Assembly (NCBI GenBank): GCA_965226885.1
Contig: CBDDEL010000013.1
Location: 98,480-162,479, forward strand
Source: Opitutales bacterium
Lineage (GTDB): Bacteria > Verrucomicrobiota > Verrucomicrobiia > Opitutales > UBA2987
Direction: 5' to 3'
Length of the DNA stretch: 64,000 nt
A program made the translations under genes and the position numbers. The notes under the pieces were generated by a model. That model searched no databases. It worked only from the letters and a program-made list of their open reading frames with translations, and was not told the origin of the DNA. Positions 10,263 to 19,745 of the stretch are shown here, piece after piece. The number at the start of each line of letters is the position of its first letter. Within the stretch, counting starts at the first letter, position 1.

Positions 10263-10541
10263 TCACTTAATAGTGAAACCGGCAAACCGTGGAGAACGCC
10301 TTTGCGTTTTTGCCTCCACCTTGCGGATAAATGGTTGTAAACGGCTTTCAACTTCATCCTTGAAACCCGTCACCTCGGTTTCGACGCCTTCGGCCTCGAG
10401 CAGGACGCGTCCATCGGACAAATTGACAACATAGCCGGAAACCTCGAATTCCCGGGCCACTTGCCAGGCGCAATACCGAAAACCCACCCCTTGCACACGC
10501 CCGGAAAAGCAAACTTCGGTATGAAACACTAAATCATTCAT
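10263..10541 (-). CDS. acyP: Acylphosphatase
   Basis: GRVQGVGFR signature and YVVNLSDGRV. Confidence 0.9.
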   Translation of the reverse strand: MNDLVFHTEVCFSGRVQGVGFRYCAWQVAREFEVSGYVVNLSDGRVLLEAEGVETEVTGFKDEVESRLQPFIRKVEAKTQRRSPRFAGFTIK

Positions 10542-10726
10542 AAACAATTATGCCACAGATTGCAAAAAGTCCCCCCGCAAGCGAGCCAATTTTCGCTCTC
10601 TTCAACGAGTTAAGTGAACCCGTCTAAATTTCGGTTCCGAAACGAAGATAGGGATTGCTTTTTGCCAGCCCGGCAACAGATTAATGGCCAGAGGGAAAAA
10701 ATCGTTCTTTAAATTCCATAGGCATA

Positions 10727-11443
10727 ATGAGCAATTTTGATTACGAAGGGAGTCCGGAGGGAGATTGGGAGGAACGTGGCGAACTGGTCTGGAACGAGTT
10801 CGACTGGCAGCAGTACCTCAAGCGCGCCAAGGAAGAGATCGGCCGTTTTATAGCCTTTTATACCCAATTGACAGACCGCCCGGACCGGCTTGATCTCATT
10901 GCCCACAAAATGGGCTGGGATCACGACGACTGGTCGATCAAGGACTCGGAATGGGATGAATTGGATCGAGGCAGGCTTCATGCCAATGTAGAGGATGCGC
11001 CCGCGGATGCGGAGGGAGATGATACCGACACCGATCCCTACACCCTCCACCGCCACCCTGTATTCATCGTCACTCGGGGTCTTTATTATTACCTGAAACG
11101 GAGTTGGGAATTGGCCATGATCCGCAACCCTTCCGTTTTTTCATCCGATATTTCCTGGAGATACGGCAACAGCCTGCATGAGGGGGAAATGAACTCCGTA
11201 TTGGCCCTGCAAGCCCTCGACATGGGGGATTTCGCCCTCGCCGTTTGCCACCTCAAATCCGCCCTCGGAGCCATCAACCAATCGTTCCGCATCCTACAAA
11301 AACTGCCCGGCGGCAGTTCGGTCAAGCTCCGCACCATGTGCCGCCAATCCCGCATCCGGCTTTTCGACCAAAGGGAAGTCTGCCTCCGCATCATGAGAGA
11401 CTGCCGGGACGAAATCCGCCGCCGCTACCGGGAAGAGGAGTAA
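10727..11443 (+). CDS. Hypothetical protein (acidic N-terminus, helical C-terminus)
   Basis: 238-aa ORF with ATG; no motif recognised. Confidence 0.6.
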   Translation: MSNFDYEGSPEGDWEERGELVWNEFDWQQYLKRAKEEIGRFIAFYTQLTDRPDRLDLIAHKMGWDHDDWSIKDSEWDELDRGRLHANVEDAPADAEGDDTDTDPYTLHRHPVFIVTRGLYYYLKRSWELAMIRNPSVFSSDISWRYGNSLHEGEMNSVLALQALDMGDFALAVCHLKSALGAINQSFRILQKLPGGSSVKLRTMCRQSRIRLFDQREVCLRIMRDCRDEIRRRYREEE

Positions 11444-11499
11444 GCTAATAGTTTAGCCGAAACTATCGATTGTTAGCGACTGAGAGTTGCTTTTCTAGG

Positions 11500-12234
11500 C
11501 TAGGTTTCGATGAGGAGTTGGCCGTGTAATTGCGGGGGGTCGAGGTAGAGGAGTTTTGTGCTCTTGAAACCGTTGCTGTGGGCCAGTTGCTCCATGCTTT
11601 GGAGGCTTTCGGGGTGGTCGTGGGCGAAGATGTGCTCGCGAAAGAGGGCCTGGTTGGCGGGCGGCACCAGAGTCCAGGAGGCTTCGCAGTTTTCCCACCA
11701 GCGTTGGAGGAATGCCTTGCGGGTTTCATTTTCCCGCCGGTAGGGATCGAGGATGAGCATTATGCCGCCGTTGTTGAGGAGGGCACGGCAGCGGCCCAAT
11801 AACTCGCCTTTGCCTTCGTTGGTGAGGTGGTGCATGGAGAATCCGGCCAGGACAATGTCCCAGCGGCGTTTCTCGGTTTTGATGATTTCAAAAGAATCTC
11901 CGCGGGTGAATTCCTGCTCACAATGAACATCCGCCATGTTGCGCCGGGCTTTTTGCAGGGCCGCTGCGGAAAGATCGCTGCCGCTGTAAAAGGCTAGGGG
12001 GGTGCCCCGGACCGCTTTGGCCGTGCTGGAGGCGTCTCCGCAGCCGAGTTCGAGCATCTTGTAGGAAGCGGTGAAATGTTTCTTCAGTTGTCGATGCACG
12101 GCGGCATAGTTTTCGCGGTGGAACATGTAATTGTTCTCGATGATACAGCCATAGGCGTCCCATTCTTCGAAAAATTCCCGGACCGTGCGTGTTTGGCCGC
12201 AGCCGCGGCCGTCCTTGCGGATTCCTGAATTCAT
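11500..12234 (-). CDS. Class I SAM-dependent methyltransferase
   Basis: MLELGCGDA, GSDLS, DIVLAGFSMHHL; start uncertain. Confidence 0.8.
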   Translation of the reverse strand: MNSGIRKDGRGCGQTRTVREFFEEWDAYGCIIENNYMFHRENYAAVHRQLKKHFTASYKMLELGCGDASSTAKAVRGTPLAFYSGSDLSAAALQKARRNMADVHCEQEFTRGDSFEIIKTEKRRWDIVLAGFSMHHLTNEGKGELLGRCRALLNNGGIMLILDPYRRENETRKAFLQRWWENCEASWTLVPPANQALFREHIFAHDHPESLQSMEQLAHSNGFKSTKLLYLDPPQLHGQLLIET

Positions 12235-12275
12235 GGCTTGTAGCGGGGCCGTTTTTCCGCCCGCAAAGAGGTGGG

Positions 12276-13139
12276 TCAAGGTGTTTCCGGTGCGGCGTAT
12301 TGCGGCTTGACGGGCTGGATGCCAAGCTCAGCCGCCGCCCGCATGGACGAGGCCAGTTCGTTGACGAGCGGGAATTGCACACCCATGGCAAAGAGTTCCT
12401 GCAATTCCTGGGCGGAATCGGTCCCGTAAAAATTTACCCTGATGCCGTGTAGCCGCAATTTTTCCACATCTTCGGCCAAATCGGGGCGGAAGGGTTTCCT
12501 CAACTGGATAAAATCGGCTTTCGCGGCTATGGTTTCGTTTACATAGTCCCTGGGGTTATCCCGGCGGTCCATGCTGCATATCAAGATTTCCGGAGATACC
12601 GCGCGGGCGGCCGTGGCGGCCTCGCTCTTGCAGGCAAGAAATGCCTGCCCCTGACGATTCGTTTGCAATAGTATCCGGGCCACCGCCTGGCCGACATCAG
12701 CGCCGCCTTTAATGTGCACGTTGAGCCAGATATTGTTGGGCATTATGGCAAGGGTTTCCTGCAACGTGGGAATCCGCACTCCCGTAAACAAGGGGGACTT
12801 CCAACTGCCGGCATCCAGTTGGCGGATTTCCTCAAATGTCATTTCAACGACCAGGCCAGTCCCATTGGTAGTGCGGTCAACCTCAGGATCGTGAATGATC
12901 ACAGGCACTTCATCTTTGGTGAAATAGACGTCGAACTCGATCATGTGGACCCCCAGCCGGATGGCTTCGCGGAATGCCGGAAGCGTGTTTTCGGGATGGG
13001 TGTCCATAACCCCGCGGTGGGCGCAAAGCCCCTTTTCGGGAAGTGGGGGAGGGGGAGAAGAATTGGCCATCATTTTTGCGGGCCATAGGTGAAATGACAT
13101 CGATACGGCAAAGAATATTAGACTGATTTTTTTAACCAT
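12276..13139 (-). CDS. Glycerophosphodiester phosphodiesterase family protein
   Basis: CAHRG, PENTLPAF, IEFDV, IIHD, RIPTLQE. Confidence 0.88.
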   Translation of the reverse strand: MVKKISLIFFAVSMSFHLWPAKMMANSSPPPPLPEKGLCAHRGVMDTHPENTLPAFREAIRLGVHMIEFDVYFTKDEVPVIIHDPEVDRTTNGTGLVVEMTFEEIRQLDAGSWKSPLFTGVRIPTLQETLAIMPNNIWLNVHIKGGADVGQAVARILLQTNRQGQAFLACKSEAATAARAVSPEILICSMDRRDNPRDYVNETIAAKADFIQLRKPFRPDLAEDVEKLRLHGIRVNFYGTDSAQELQELFAMGVQFPLVNELASSMRAAAELGIQPVKPQYAAPETP

Positions 13140-13148
13140 AGGTTTGAT

Positions 13149-14285
13149 TTACCCGCCATGTTTTAAGGTTTTCAGGAAAAAATCGACAGCTAATTGAGTT
13201 GAAAGCTCGTGGGCAATGCCGGAAGGTTTTAGAAATTCCACCCGGTCCGCAGCGTCCATCTCAAAATATTTCTCTTTTATATGGTGGAAAGCCTGTTCGG
13301 CATCCTGCCAAAAAAAGGTATCGCGAGTCCCATTGACGAACATCTGTGGCCGGGGAGCCACTTGGGCTGCAATATCCGCCAAATCCCCGACAAGCAAAAT
13401 CCCTTCAATATTATTGCAGGTATGGTGGTTGGCCCGCGTCCCGAAGGTGGTCCTGAAACTGCCCAAATATCCTTGCACAAAGCTGGCCGCAATCCTCCTG
13501 TCTAGGGCCGATACGAAGAGGCTGAGCGCTCCGCCGGTAGAAACTCCCCCTACGCCGATCTTATCTTTTTCGACAAAGGGCTGTTGGAAAACATGCTCAA
13601 ACAAATAGAGGGCGTCCGTAGTGATTTCGCCATACCAGGAGCCGCCGGTGAGCCTGGCTACGGCGTCGATCCGCATATGATCGCCCAAATAGGAAAGCTC
13701 GCCCATGCCGCGGTTTTCCATGGCATAGACGACGAAACCGCTTTGCGCCAATTCGAATGCGCCGGCATGCTGGTAGGAGCTTTTGTCAAACACCAACTGT
13801 CCGGCGTTGCCGTGTCCCGAGTACATGACAATTGCCAGATACTTACCATTCTCCTCAAACCCGGGAGGAAAAATCGCATAAAAAATGATTTCAACCCCAT
13901 CGTAGGCGGTAAAAGTGTTTTTCTCAATAGTGGAACCGGATTGCGTTAACCGGTCGTTTTTTTTTGATAAGATTTTTTCGGGAGGATTTTCCGGATCGAC
14001 CCGTACACCCAGCACTTCGGCCAGCCTGTCCCGAAATGCCGCCCCATCGCTCAAGGGGCGTTCTTTTGCGTATTCCTCCAGGCGATTCAAGACCCCCGAA
14101 TTTTCCGGCGGGAAAAGGTCCACCACTTCCGGCTCATGGAGCAGGTTTTTCAAATCGCGCTTCCAATAGTGGAAGACTTCCTGCGGGGAATTATCCCAAT
14201 ACACCTGATAGGAAGTAAAAGCCACCAGGATGGCTAGAACACCATATAGAATGGCCAATTGCCTGCTGCGGTTTTTATCCGGCAT
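13149..14285 (-). CDS. Membrane-anchored alpha/beta hydrolase (dienelactone hydrolase/esterase-like)
   Basis: N-terminal hydrophobic helix; GVSTGG nucleophile elbow; downstream Asp (RDTF) and His (AHEL). Confidence 0.75.
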   Translation of the reverse strand: MPDKNRSRQLAILYGVLAILVAFTSYQVYWDNSPQEVFHYWKRDLKNLLHEPEVVDLFPPENSGVLNRLEEYAKERPLSDGAAFRDRLAEVLGVRVDPENPPEKILSKKNDRLTQSGSTIEKNTFTAYDGVEIIFYAIFPPGFEENGKYLAIVMYSGHGNAGQLVFDKSSYQHAGAFELAQSGFVVYAMENRGMGELSYLGDHMRIDAVARLTGGSWYGEITTDALYLFEHVFQQPFVEKDKIGVGGVSTGGALSLFVSALDRRIAASFVQGYLGSFRTTFGTRANHHTCNNIEGILLVGDLADIAAQVAPRPQMFVNGTRDTFFWQDAEQAFHHIKEKYFEMDAADRVEFLKPSGIAHELSTQLAVDFFLKTLKHGG

Positions 14286-14431
14286 ATGCTTGATTGCAGG
14301 CGGGTAGGCGGTAGTTTTACAAGCCCTTGCCTCGCAGTGCCTGTTCTCTTGAAAAGAAGAAGGCTGTCTGCGCAATATCACGCAAACAGGCTTATCTTCA
14401 TTTCAATAAAGGATCAAGGATCGGATTAAGA

Positions 14432-14728
14432 CTAATACCTTCTTTTTTTAAAGTCGTCCCTGTTGTCCCTCCTGGGTGGGCGATCTTCCCTTGGCTTAGC
14501 CTGGTTGACCTTCAGGGGGCGTCCCTCGACAGTTTCCCCATCTAAAGCCTTGATGGCATTTTGGGCTTCTTTCCAATCATCCATGGAAACAAATCCGAAC
14601 CCTTTTGAGCGTCCGGAGTAGCGATCCATAACAATTTTGACATTATCTACTTTTCCATACTCGGCGAACTTTGTATTCAAAGTTTGCTCTTCAATGTCGT
14701 ATGGAAGATTTCCTACGTATATATCCAT
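14432..14728 (-). CDS. RRM-domain RNA-binding protein
   Basis: RNP2 IYVGNL and RNP1 KGFGFVSM. Confidence 0.92.
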   Translation of the reverse strand: MDIYVGNLPYDIEEQTLNTKFAEYGKVDNVKIVMDRYSGRSKGFGFVSMDDWKEAQNAIKALDGETVEGRPLKVNQAKPREDRPPRRDNRDDFKKRRY

Positions 14729-15061
14729 TTTCTTATATCTATCGTTTGTACGCCATTATGAAAAAAACAGTCCAGTAAAATGGCGTATATTCCTGAATCT
14801 GCGATTGAACATTCATTTTCTTATCTTATTTAGTCCAAATTGGTTTTTGAGGGCCTTATTGCGTTTGATGAAATCGGGTTTCGGGAGAGACATCCTTTTA
14901 CCGGAAGGCTGGCAATCATAATTTACCCGAATCGGAAGATTTTACAAGCGTTCGAGGAATTGAGACGGCGCTCAGGTCCGGGCACATTTCAAATCCGGCC
15001 CCATAATGGGCTTGATCTTCGATGAGGCACTGAATCAATTAAGCGTATAATCCACTCCCGT

Positions 15062-16582
15062 TTAGAGAGCTACGCAAATAGCCTTTGTTTGAGTGTAATT
15101 GTCGAGGACTTGCTTGCCCATTTCCCTTCCCCAGCCCGATTGTTTGTAGCCGCCAAAGGGGAGGGCGGAGTCGAATATGTTGTAGCAATTGATCCAGACC
15201 GTTCCGGCTTTTAAAAGTTCAGCCGTGCGGTGGGCCTTGGCAATATCCTTGGTCCAGACGGCGGCGGCCAATCCGTATTCGGAGTCGTTGGCACTTTGGA
15301 GGATATTCTCAGGGTTATTAAATGGTTCCGCTACCACCACGGGGCCGAAAATTTCCTCCCGCACGATTTTCATGTCGGGTTTCGATTTGGTGATTACGGT
15401 GGGGGCCACGAAATAGCCGCTCTCGCCAACCCGTTTACCACCGGCATTCATACAGGCCCCATCGCTGTAGCCAGAATCGAGAAACCCGGTTACGCGCTCC
15501 AGTTGTTCTACGGATACGAGGGGACCCATCTCTGTATCGGGGTTTAAACCGGGCCCAATCTTGATTTTATCGGCCCGGGCGCTGACTCCGGCAACGACTT
15601 CTTCATAGATATCCTCCTCGACAAAGAGGCGCGAACCAGCGCAGCAGCATTGGCCGTGATTGAAAAATATGGCATTGGCCGCCCCGTCGATGGCGGTTTC
15701 CAGGTCTGGAACATCCTTGAACATCACATTGGGCGATTTGCCGCCCAGTTCGAGGGTCAATTTTTTGAGGTTACCGGCGGCCGCATGGAGGATCAATTTA
15801 CCAACCTCAGTGGATCCGGTAAAGGCGACTTTATCGACATCGTTATGGGCGGCCAGGGCTGCCCCGGCCGTTTCCCCATAACCGGGCACTATGCTGACCA
15901 CCCCGTCGGGTAAACCAGCTTCGCTCAGAAGTTCGCCCAAACGAATCGCACTGAGAGGTGTTTGTTCCGCCGGTTTGAGGATAGCACAATTGCCGGTAGC
16001 GAGGGCCGGGCCCAATTTCCAGGCCGCCATGAGCAGTGGAAAGTTCCACGGAATGATCTGGCCGACGACGCCCACCGGTTCGCGCTTGGTATAGGCGTGA
16101 AAACGCGCTCCGGGCGCATAAATCACGGAAATCGGTATGGTGGTGCCTTCAATTTTTGTGGCCCAACCGGCCATATAATGAAAAAGATCGGCGCTGAGTG
16201 GGACATCGGCCGCCCGTGCCACCGTGATCGGTTTGCCGTTGTCGAGGGACTCCAGTTCGGCAAATTCTTCCAGGTGTTCAAGAATAAGATCTCCAATGCG
16301 CCAAATAATGCGGCCACGCTCGGACGGGGTCATCGACCTCCAGCTACTGTTCTCAAAAGTATCGCGGGCAATTTTGACGGCTCTGTTGATGTCCTCCTTA
16401 TCCCCTTCGGCTACCTGGGCGATGACTTCGCCGGTTGCCGGATTGTATACGGGGAATGTTTTGCCGGAGGCGGAGTCGACCCATTGGCCGTTGAGAAGCA
16501 TTTTCTTAGGCGCAGAAAGAAAATCCTGGGTCCATTTACTGATTTCAACGGATTCAAATGCGGCTGGGGCTGTAGCTACCAT
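15062..16582 (-). CDS. NAD-dependent aldehyde dehydrogenase
   Basis: IPWNFP, FTGSTEVG, LELGGKSP, GQCCCAG, EEIFGPV, PFGGYKQSG. Confidence 0.95.
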   Translation of the reverse strand: MVATAPAAFESVEISKWTQDFLSAPKKMLLNGQWVDSASGKTFPVYNPATGEVIAQVAEGDKEDINRAVKIARDTFENSSWRSMTPSERGRIIWRIGDLILEHLEEFAELESLDNGKPITVARAADVPLSADLFHYMAGWATKIEGTTIPISVIYAPGARFHAYTKREPVGVVGQIIPWNFPLLMAAWKLGPALATGNCAILKPAEQTPLSAIRLGELLSEAGLPDGVVSIVPGYGETAGAALAAHNDVDKVAFTGSTEVGKLILHAAAGNLKKLTLELGGKSPNVMFKDVPDLETAIDGAANAIFFNHGQCCCAGSRLFVEEDIYEEVVAGVSARADKIKIGPGLNPDTEMGPLVSVEQLERVTGFLDSGYSDGACMNAGGKRVGESGYFVAPTVITKSKPDMKIVREEIFGPVVVAEPFNNPENILQSANDSEYGLAAAVWTKDIAKAHRTAELLKAGTVWINCYNIFDSALPFGGYKQSGWGREMGKQVLDNYTQTKAICVAL

Positions 16583-16860
16583 AATTAATTATTTCCTTAA
16601 ATTCTTGGGGTTATATGAAAAATGCGACGGCAGGAAACAATTCCCCGTCCCGTAAGAGAACTAAATCGGGAAAAAATTGCCGGTCAAATACAAAGTATTG
16701 CGCTTGTTTGCCATTATATAGATGTAAAACTTGGGAATGTAAACGAAAAGCGGCTGTTAATTTAGCCGCCTGAACCTATTGAGAGGTCAACTTGACAGCC
16801 CGGTTCCCTTCCCCTTCAATATATATTTTTCAATTAATCGCTTGAGCCAGGGGAAATATC

Positions 16861-16910
16861 CTGACCACAAAAGGGAATGCGCTTACTGACCACAAAAGGG
16901 AATGCGCTTA
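16861..16910. repeat. Perfect 25-bp tandem duplication upstream of the SDR gene
   Basis: CTGACCACAAAAGGGAATGCGCTTA x2. Confidence 0.95.
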
Positions 16911-16953
16911 ATTCCCTAACCAAAAATCTTTTTAATAATCTATCCATCTATCT

Positions 16954-17712
16954 ATGAAAGTAGCATTCATTACAGGCGGCGCCACCGGCATTGGCCGGGC
17001 CACGGCGGATAAATTCGTCCGCGAGGGAATCAAGGTCGGTATGTTCGACAACAATGAGACGGACGGCCTGCAAGCACAGTCCGAACACGGTGAGGAGAAC
17101 CTGGTTTTCCTGCAAGGGGACGTAACCAAACGCAGCGATGTCGCGGAGGCTATTGCCAGCACGGTCGAGCGTTTCGGCAAGCTGGACATCATTTTTACCT
17201 GCGCTGGCATTCACCGCTCCAATACGGTGCTGGATGTGGATGAGGAAACCTGGGACCTGGTTATGAATATCAACCTCAAAGGCACTCTCTACACCCTCAT
17301 GGAGGGGGCGCCCCGGTTGGTTGAAAATGGCGGCGGGTCCATTATCTTGATGGCCTCAGACCAGAGCTTGATAGGTAAAACTAACAGCCTCGTCTACGGC
17401 GCCACCAAAGGGGCTATCGGGCAGATGACAAAAAGCATTTCCCTCGATCTGGGGCCCAAAAATATTCGAGTCAACGCCGTTTGCCCCGGTAGCATCCGCA
17501 CCCCTTTGTCGATGGATGTATTTGACCGCTATTCCAAGAAATTGAACGCTCCGGTGGAGGAACTCTGGGCAAATGAAGCGGCTAAATATGCGTTGCGGCG
17601 GATCGGCGAACCGGAAGAAGTGGCCGATCTCGTCTATTTTCTCGCTTCCGACCAATCGAGCTTCGTCACGGGTAGCTTGTACTCTATCGATGGCGGCCTC
17701 ACTGCCGGTTAA
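16954..17712 (+). CDS. SDR-family oxidoreductase
   Basis: TGGATGIG, YGATK (YxxxK), NAVCPG, GSLYSIDGG. Confidence 0.9.
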   Translation: MKVAFITGGATGIGRATADKFVREGIKVGMFDNNETDGLQAQSEHGEENLVFLQGDVTKRSDVAEAIASTVERFGKLDIIFTCAGIHRSNTVLDVDEETWDLVMNINLKGTLYTLMEGAPRLVENGGGSIILMASDQSLIGKTNSLVYGATKGAIGQMTKSISLDLGPKNIRVNAVCPGSIRTPLSMDVFDRYSKKLNAPVEELWANEAAKYALRRIGEPEEVADLVYFLASDQSSFVTGSLYSIDGGLTAG

Positions 17713-17731
17713 AACCAAAGATTATTAACTC

Positions 17732-19528
17732 ATGAATCGTTTCTCGGTCCCCCCGCTCCACACCTTAACTCGTGAACTGGCCGATGTGGCCTCAGGTCGG
17801 CGGCCGCCAGAACTGGTTGTGAGGGGCGGGCGCGTTTTGTCCACCTACACGGAGAGAATGCTGCCCAACCGGGAGATCTGGATTCATCGGGGCCGCATTG
17901 CCGCGGTCAAGCCAGCGGGGACCTGCCCCCATGATGGAGGCTCCCAATTTTACGATGCCAGCGGCGGAATTCTTGCTCCGGGCCTGGTCGATCCCCATAT
18001 CCATATCGAAAGCAGCATGATGACCGCCTGCGCCTATGCCGAAGGTGCTCTCCTTAATGGCACTACCACGATTTTTTGCGACAGCCATGAAATCGGCAAC
18101 GTCTGTGACCGGGAGGGCGTCGAGTGGATGCTGGAAGACGCCCGCGAGGCGCCCCTCAATATTTTTTTGACCATTCCCAGCACCATCCCGGCCACCAACG
18201 ACACCCTCGAAACGGCTGGGGGCGACCTCACCGCGGAAAAGGTGGGCGCTATCTTCGACGCCTGGCCGGAGGCAGCCGCCCTGGGGGAAAAAATGGACTT
18301 TGTGCCGGTTTGCCTGGGCGATGAGCGCAGCCACGCCATCATTGCCGAAGCCCTCAAGCGGGGCCGTCCGGTGAGTGGGCATATCTATGGGCGGGAGTTT
18401 GTGGCCGCTTATGCCGCCAGTGGGGTGACGGATACCCATGAGGCTATCGACCGGGATATCGCGGACGATTTCCTGGAGGCCGGAATTTGGATTTTTCTCC
18501 GCGGCGGTCCTCCCACTACGCCTTGGCACAGTCTTCCCGAAGCCATCAAGACGATTACTGAGCTTGGGGCCAGCCACAAAAGAGTCTGTGTCTGCACGGA
18601 CGACCGGGATGCCGACGACCTCTTCCTTTTCGGCCTCGATTGGGTCACCCGCCAGGCCATGGCCAACGGCTTGAGCCCTGTGCAAGCCTGGAGCATGGGG
18701 TCGCTCCACCCCGCAACCCGCTACGCTATGGACGGAGAGTTCGGCGCTCTGGGCCATAGCCGGCGAGCGGATATCGTCCTTTTGAACGATTCTCTGGAAG
18801 TGCAAAATACCTGGTATGGCGGGGAGTTGGTGGTTGAAAACAAAAAAATCACGGGGGTTCTGGATGAGCAATTGTCCCATCGCCGGTATCGCTACCCGGC
18901 CAAGGCTTATGAAACGGTTCATTTCGAGGACGGCATAAAACTCACGCCCGACCTGCCGGATGCGCCCTGCACCCTTAATTATATCGGCATCGAACCGCCG
19001 GGAATCATCACCATACATCGTCAACTGGTTCTGGAATCAGCCCCGGATAGTTGGGAGGTCCTTTTGAGCCAGCACCAGCTATGTTTCCTGACCGTGGTTG
19101 AGCGCCATGGGAAAACCGGCGAGGTCGCTCACGGGCTCGTCCAGAATATGGGGCTGGAGGCCGGCGCCGTAGCCAGCAGTGTGGGCCACGACGCCCACAA
19201 TATCGTGGCGGCGGGCAAAAATGCACAGGATATGAGCCTAGCCATCCAGACCATCAAGGAAAATAACGGCGGCGTGGCGGTGGTTGTGAATGGCAAAGTA
19301 GAAGCCCTTGTGGCGCTTCCGGTAGCCGGACTCCTGTCGGACAAAAGAGCCACCGAGGTGGCCGCCGAAACCAGCGCCTTGAAAAAAGCCTGGCTGGAAG
19401 CTGGATGCACTTTGCCTTATATGGGTTTCAACCTCCTGCCGCTATCGGTCATTCCCGAAATCCGGCTCACCAACAAGGGCCTCATCACGGTTCCGGCCAT
19501 GGAAAAAATTCCTTTAGTGGTTGGTTAA
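17732..19528 (+). CDS. ade: Adenine deaminase-family amidohydrolase
   Basis: [48 protein letters not shown]. Confidence 0.8.
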   Translation: MNRFSVPPLHTLTRELADVASGRRPPELVVRGGRVLSTYTERMLPNREIWIHRGRIAAVKPAGTCPHDGGSQFYDASGGILAPGLVDPHIHIESSMMTACAYAEGALLNGTTTIFCDSHEIGNVCDREGVEWMLEDAREAPLNIFLTIPSTIPATNDTLETAGGDLTAEKVGAIFDAWPEAAALGEKMDFVPVCLGDERSHAIIAEALKRGRPVSGHIYGREFVAAYAASGVTDTHEAIDRDIADDFLEAGIWIFLRGGPPTTPWHSLPEAIKTITELGASHKRVCVCTDDRDADDLFLFGLDWVTRQAMANGLSPVQAWSMGSLHPATRYAMDGEFGALGHSRRADIVLLNDSLEVQNTWYGGELVVENKKITGVLDEQLSHRRYRYPAKAYETVHFEDGIKLTPDLPDAPCTLNYIGIEPPGIITIHRQLVLESAPDSWEVLLSQHQLCFLTVVERHGKTGEVAHGLVQNMGLEAGAVASSVGHDAHNIVAAGKNAQDMSLAIQTIKENNGGVAVVVNGKVEALVALPVAGLLSDKRATEVAAETSALKKAWLEAGCTLPYMGFNLLPLSVIPEIRLTNKGLITVPAMEKIPLVVG

Positions 19529-19745
19529 TTCAGTCAATTAATGAAGGAATGAAGGCAGAATTTCTACTTGCATTGCTCACTGAAATTCATTCAAATATGG
19601 GGGATTTCGATAATCCAGTGTCATTACCCCCAATCCACTTCATCCTGTAATTTGCTAATTAAATTCCCGGAATCGTATTTGCCTGTGATCGGGTGGGAAA
19701 TCAAAAACAAACCAACTAAGCTTCAAAACAAAAAACAGAAACGTT

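Noticed and set aside
17792-19024. 410-aa antisense ORF opposite adenine deaminase, and similar long antisense ORFs opposite murF (46054-47184), murG (52090-53142), ftsI and sufS
   Set aside because: No recognisable motifs; these are expected shadows of GC-rich coding strands.
16660-19745. Purine or xanthine riboswitch upstream of the SDR gene (16660-16950) or the TonB receptor (19530-19745)
   Set aside because: I could not match the conserved purine-riboswitch core by eye. An Infernal/Rfam scan would be decisive.
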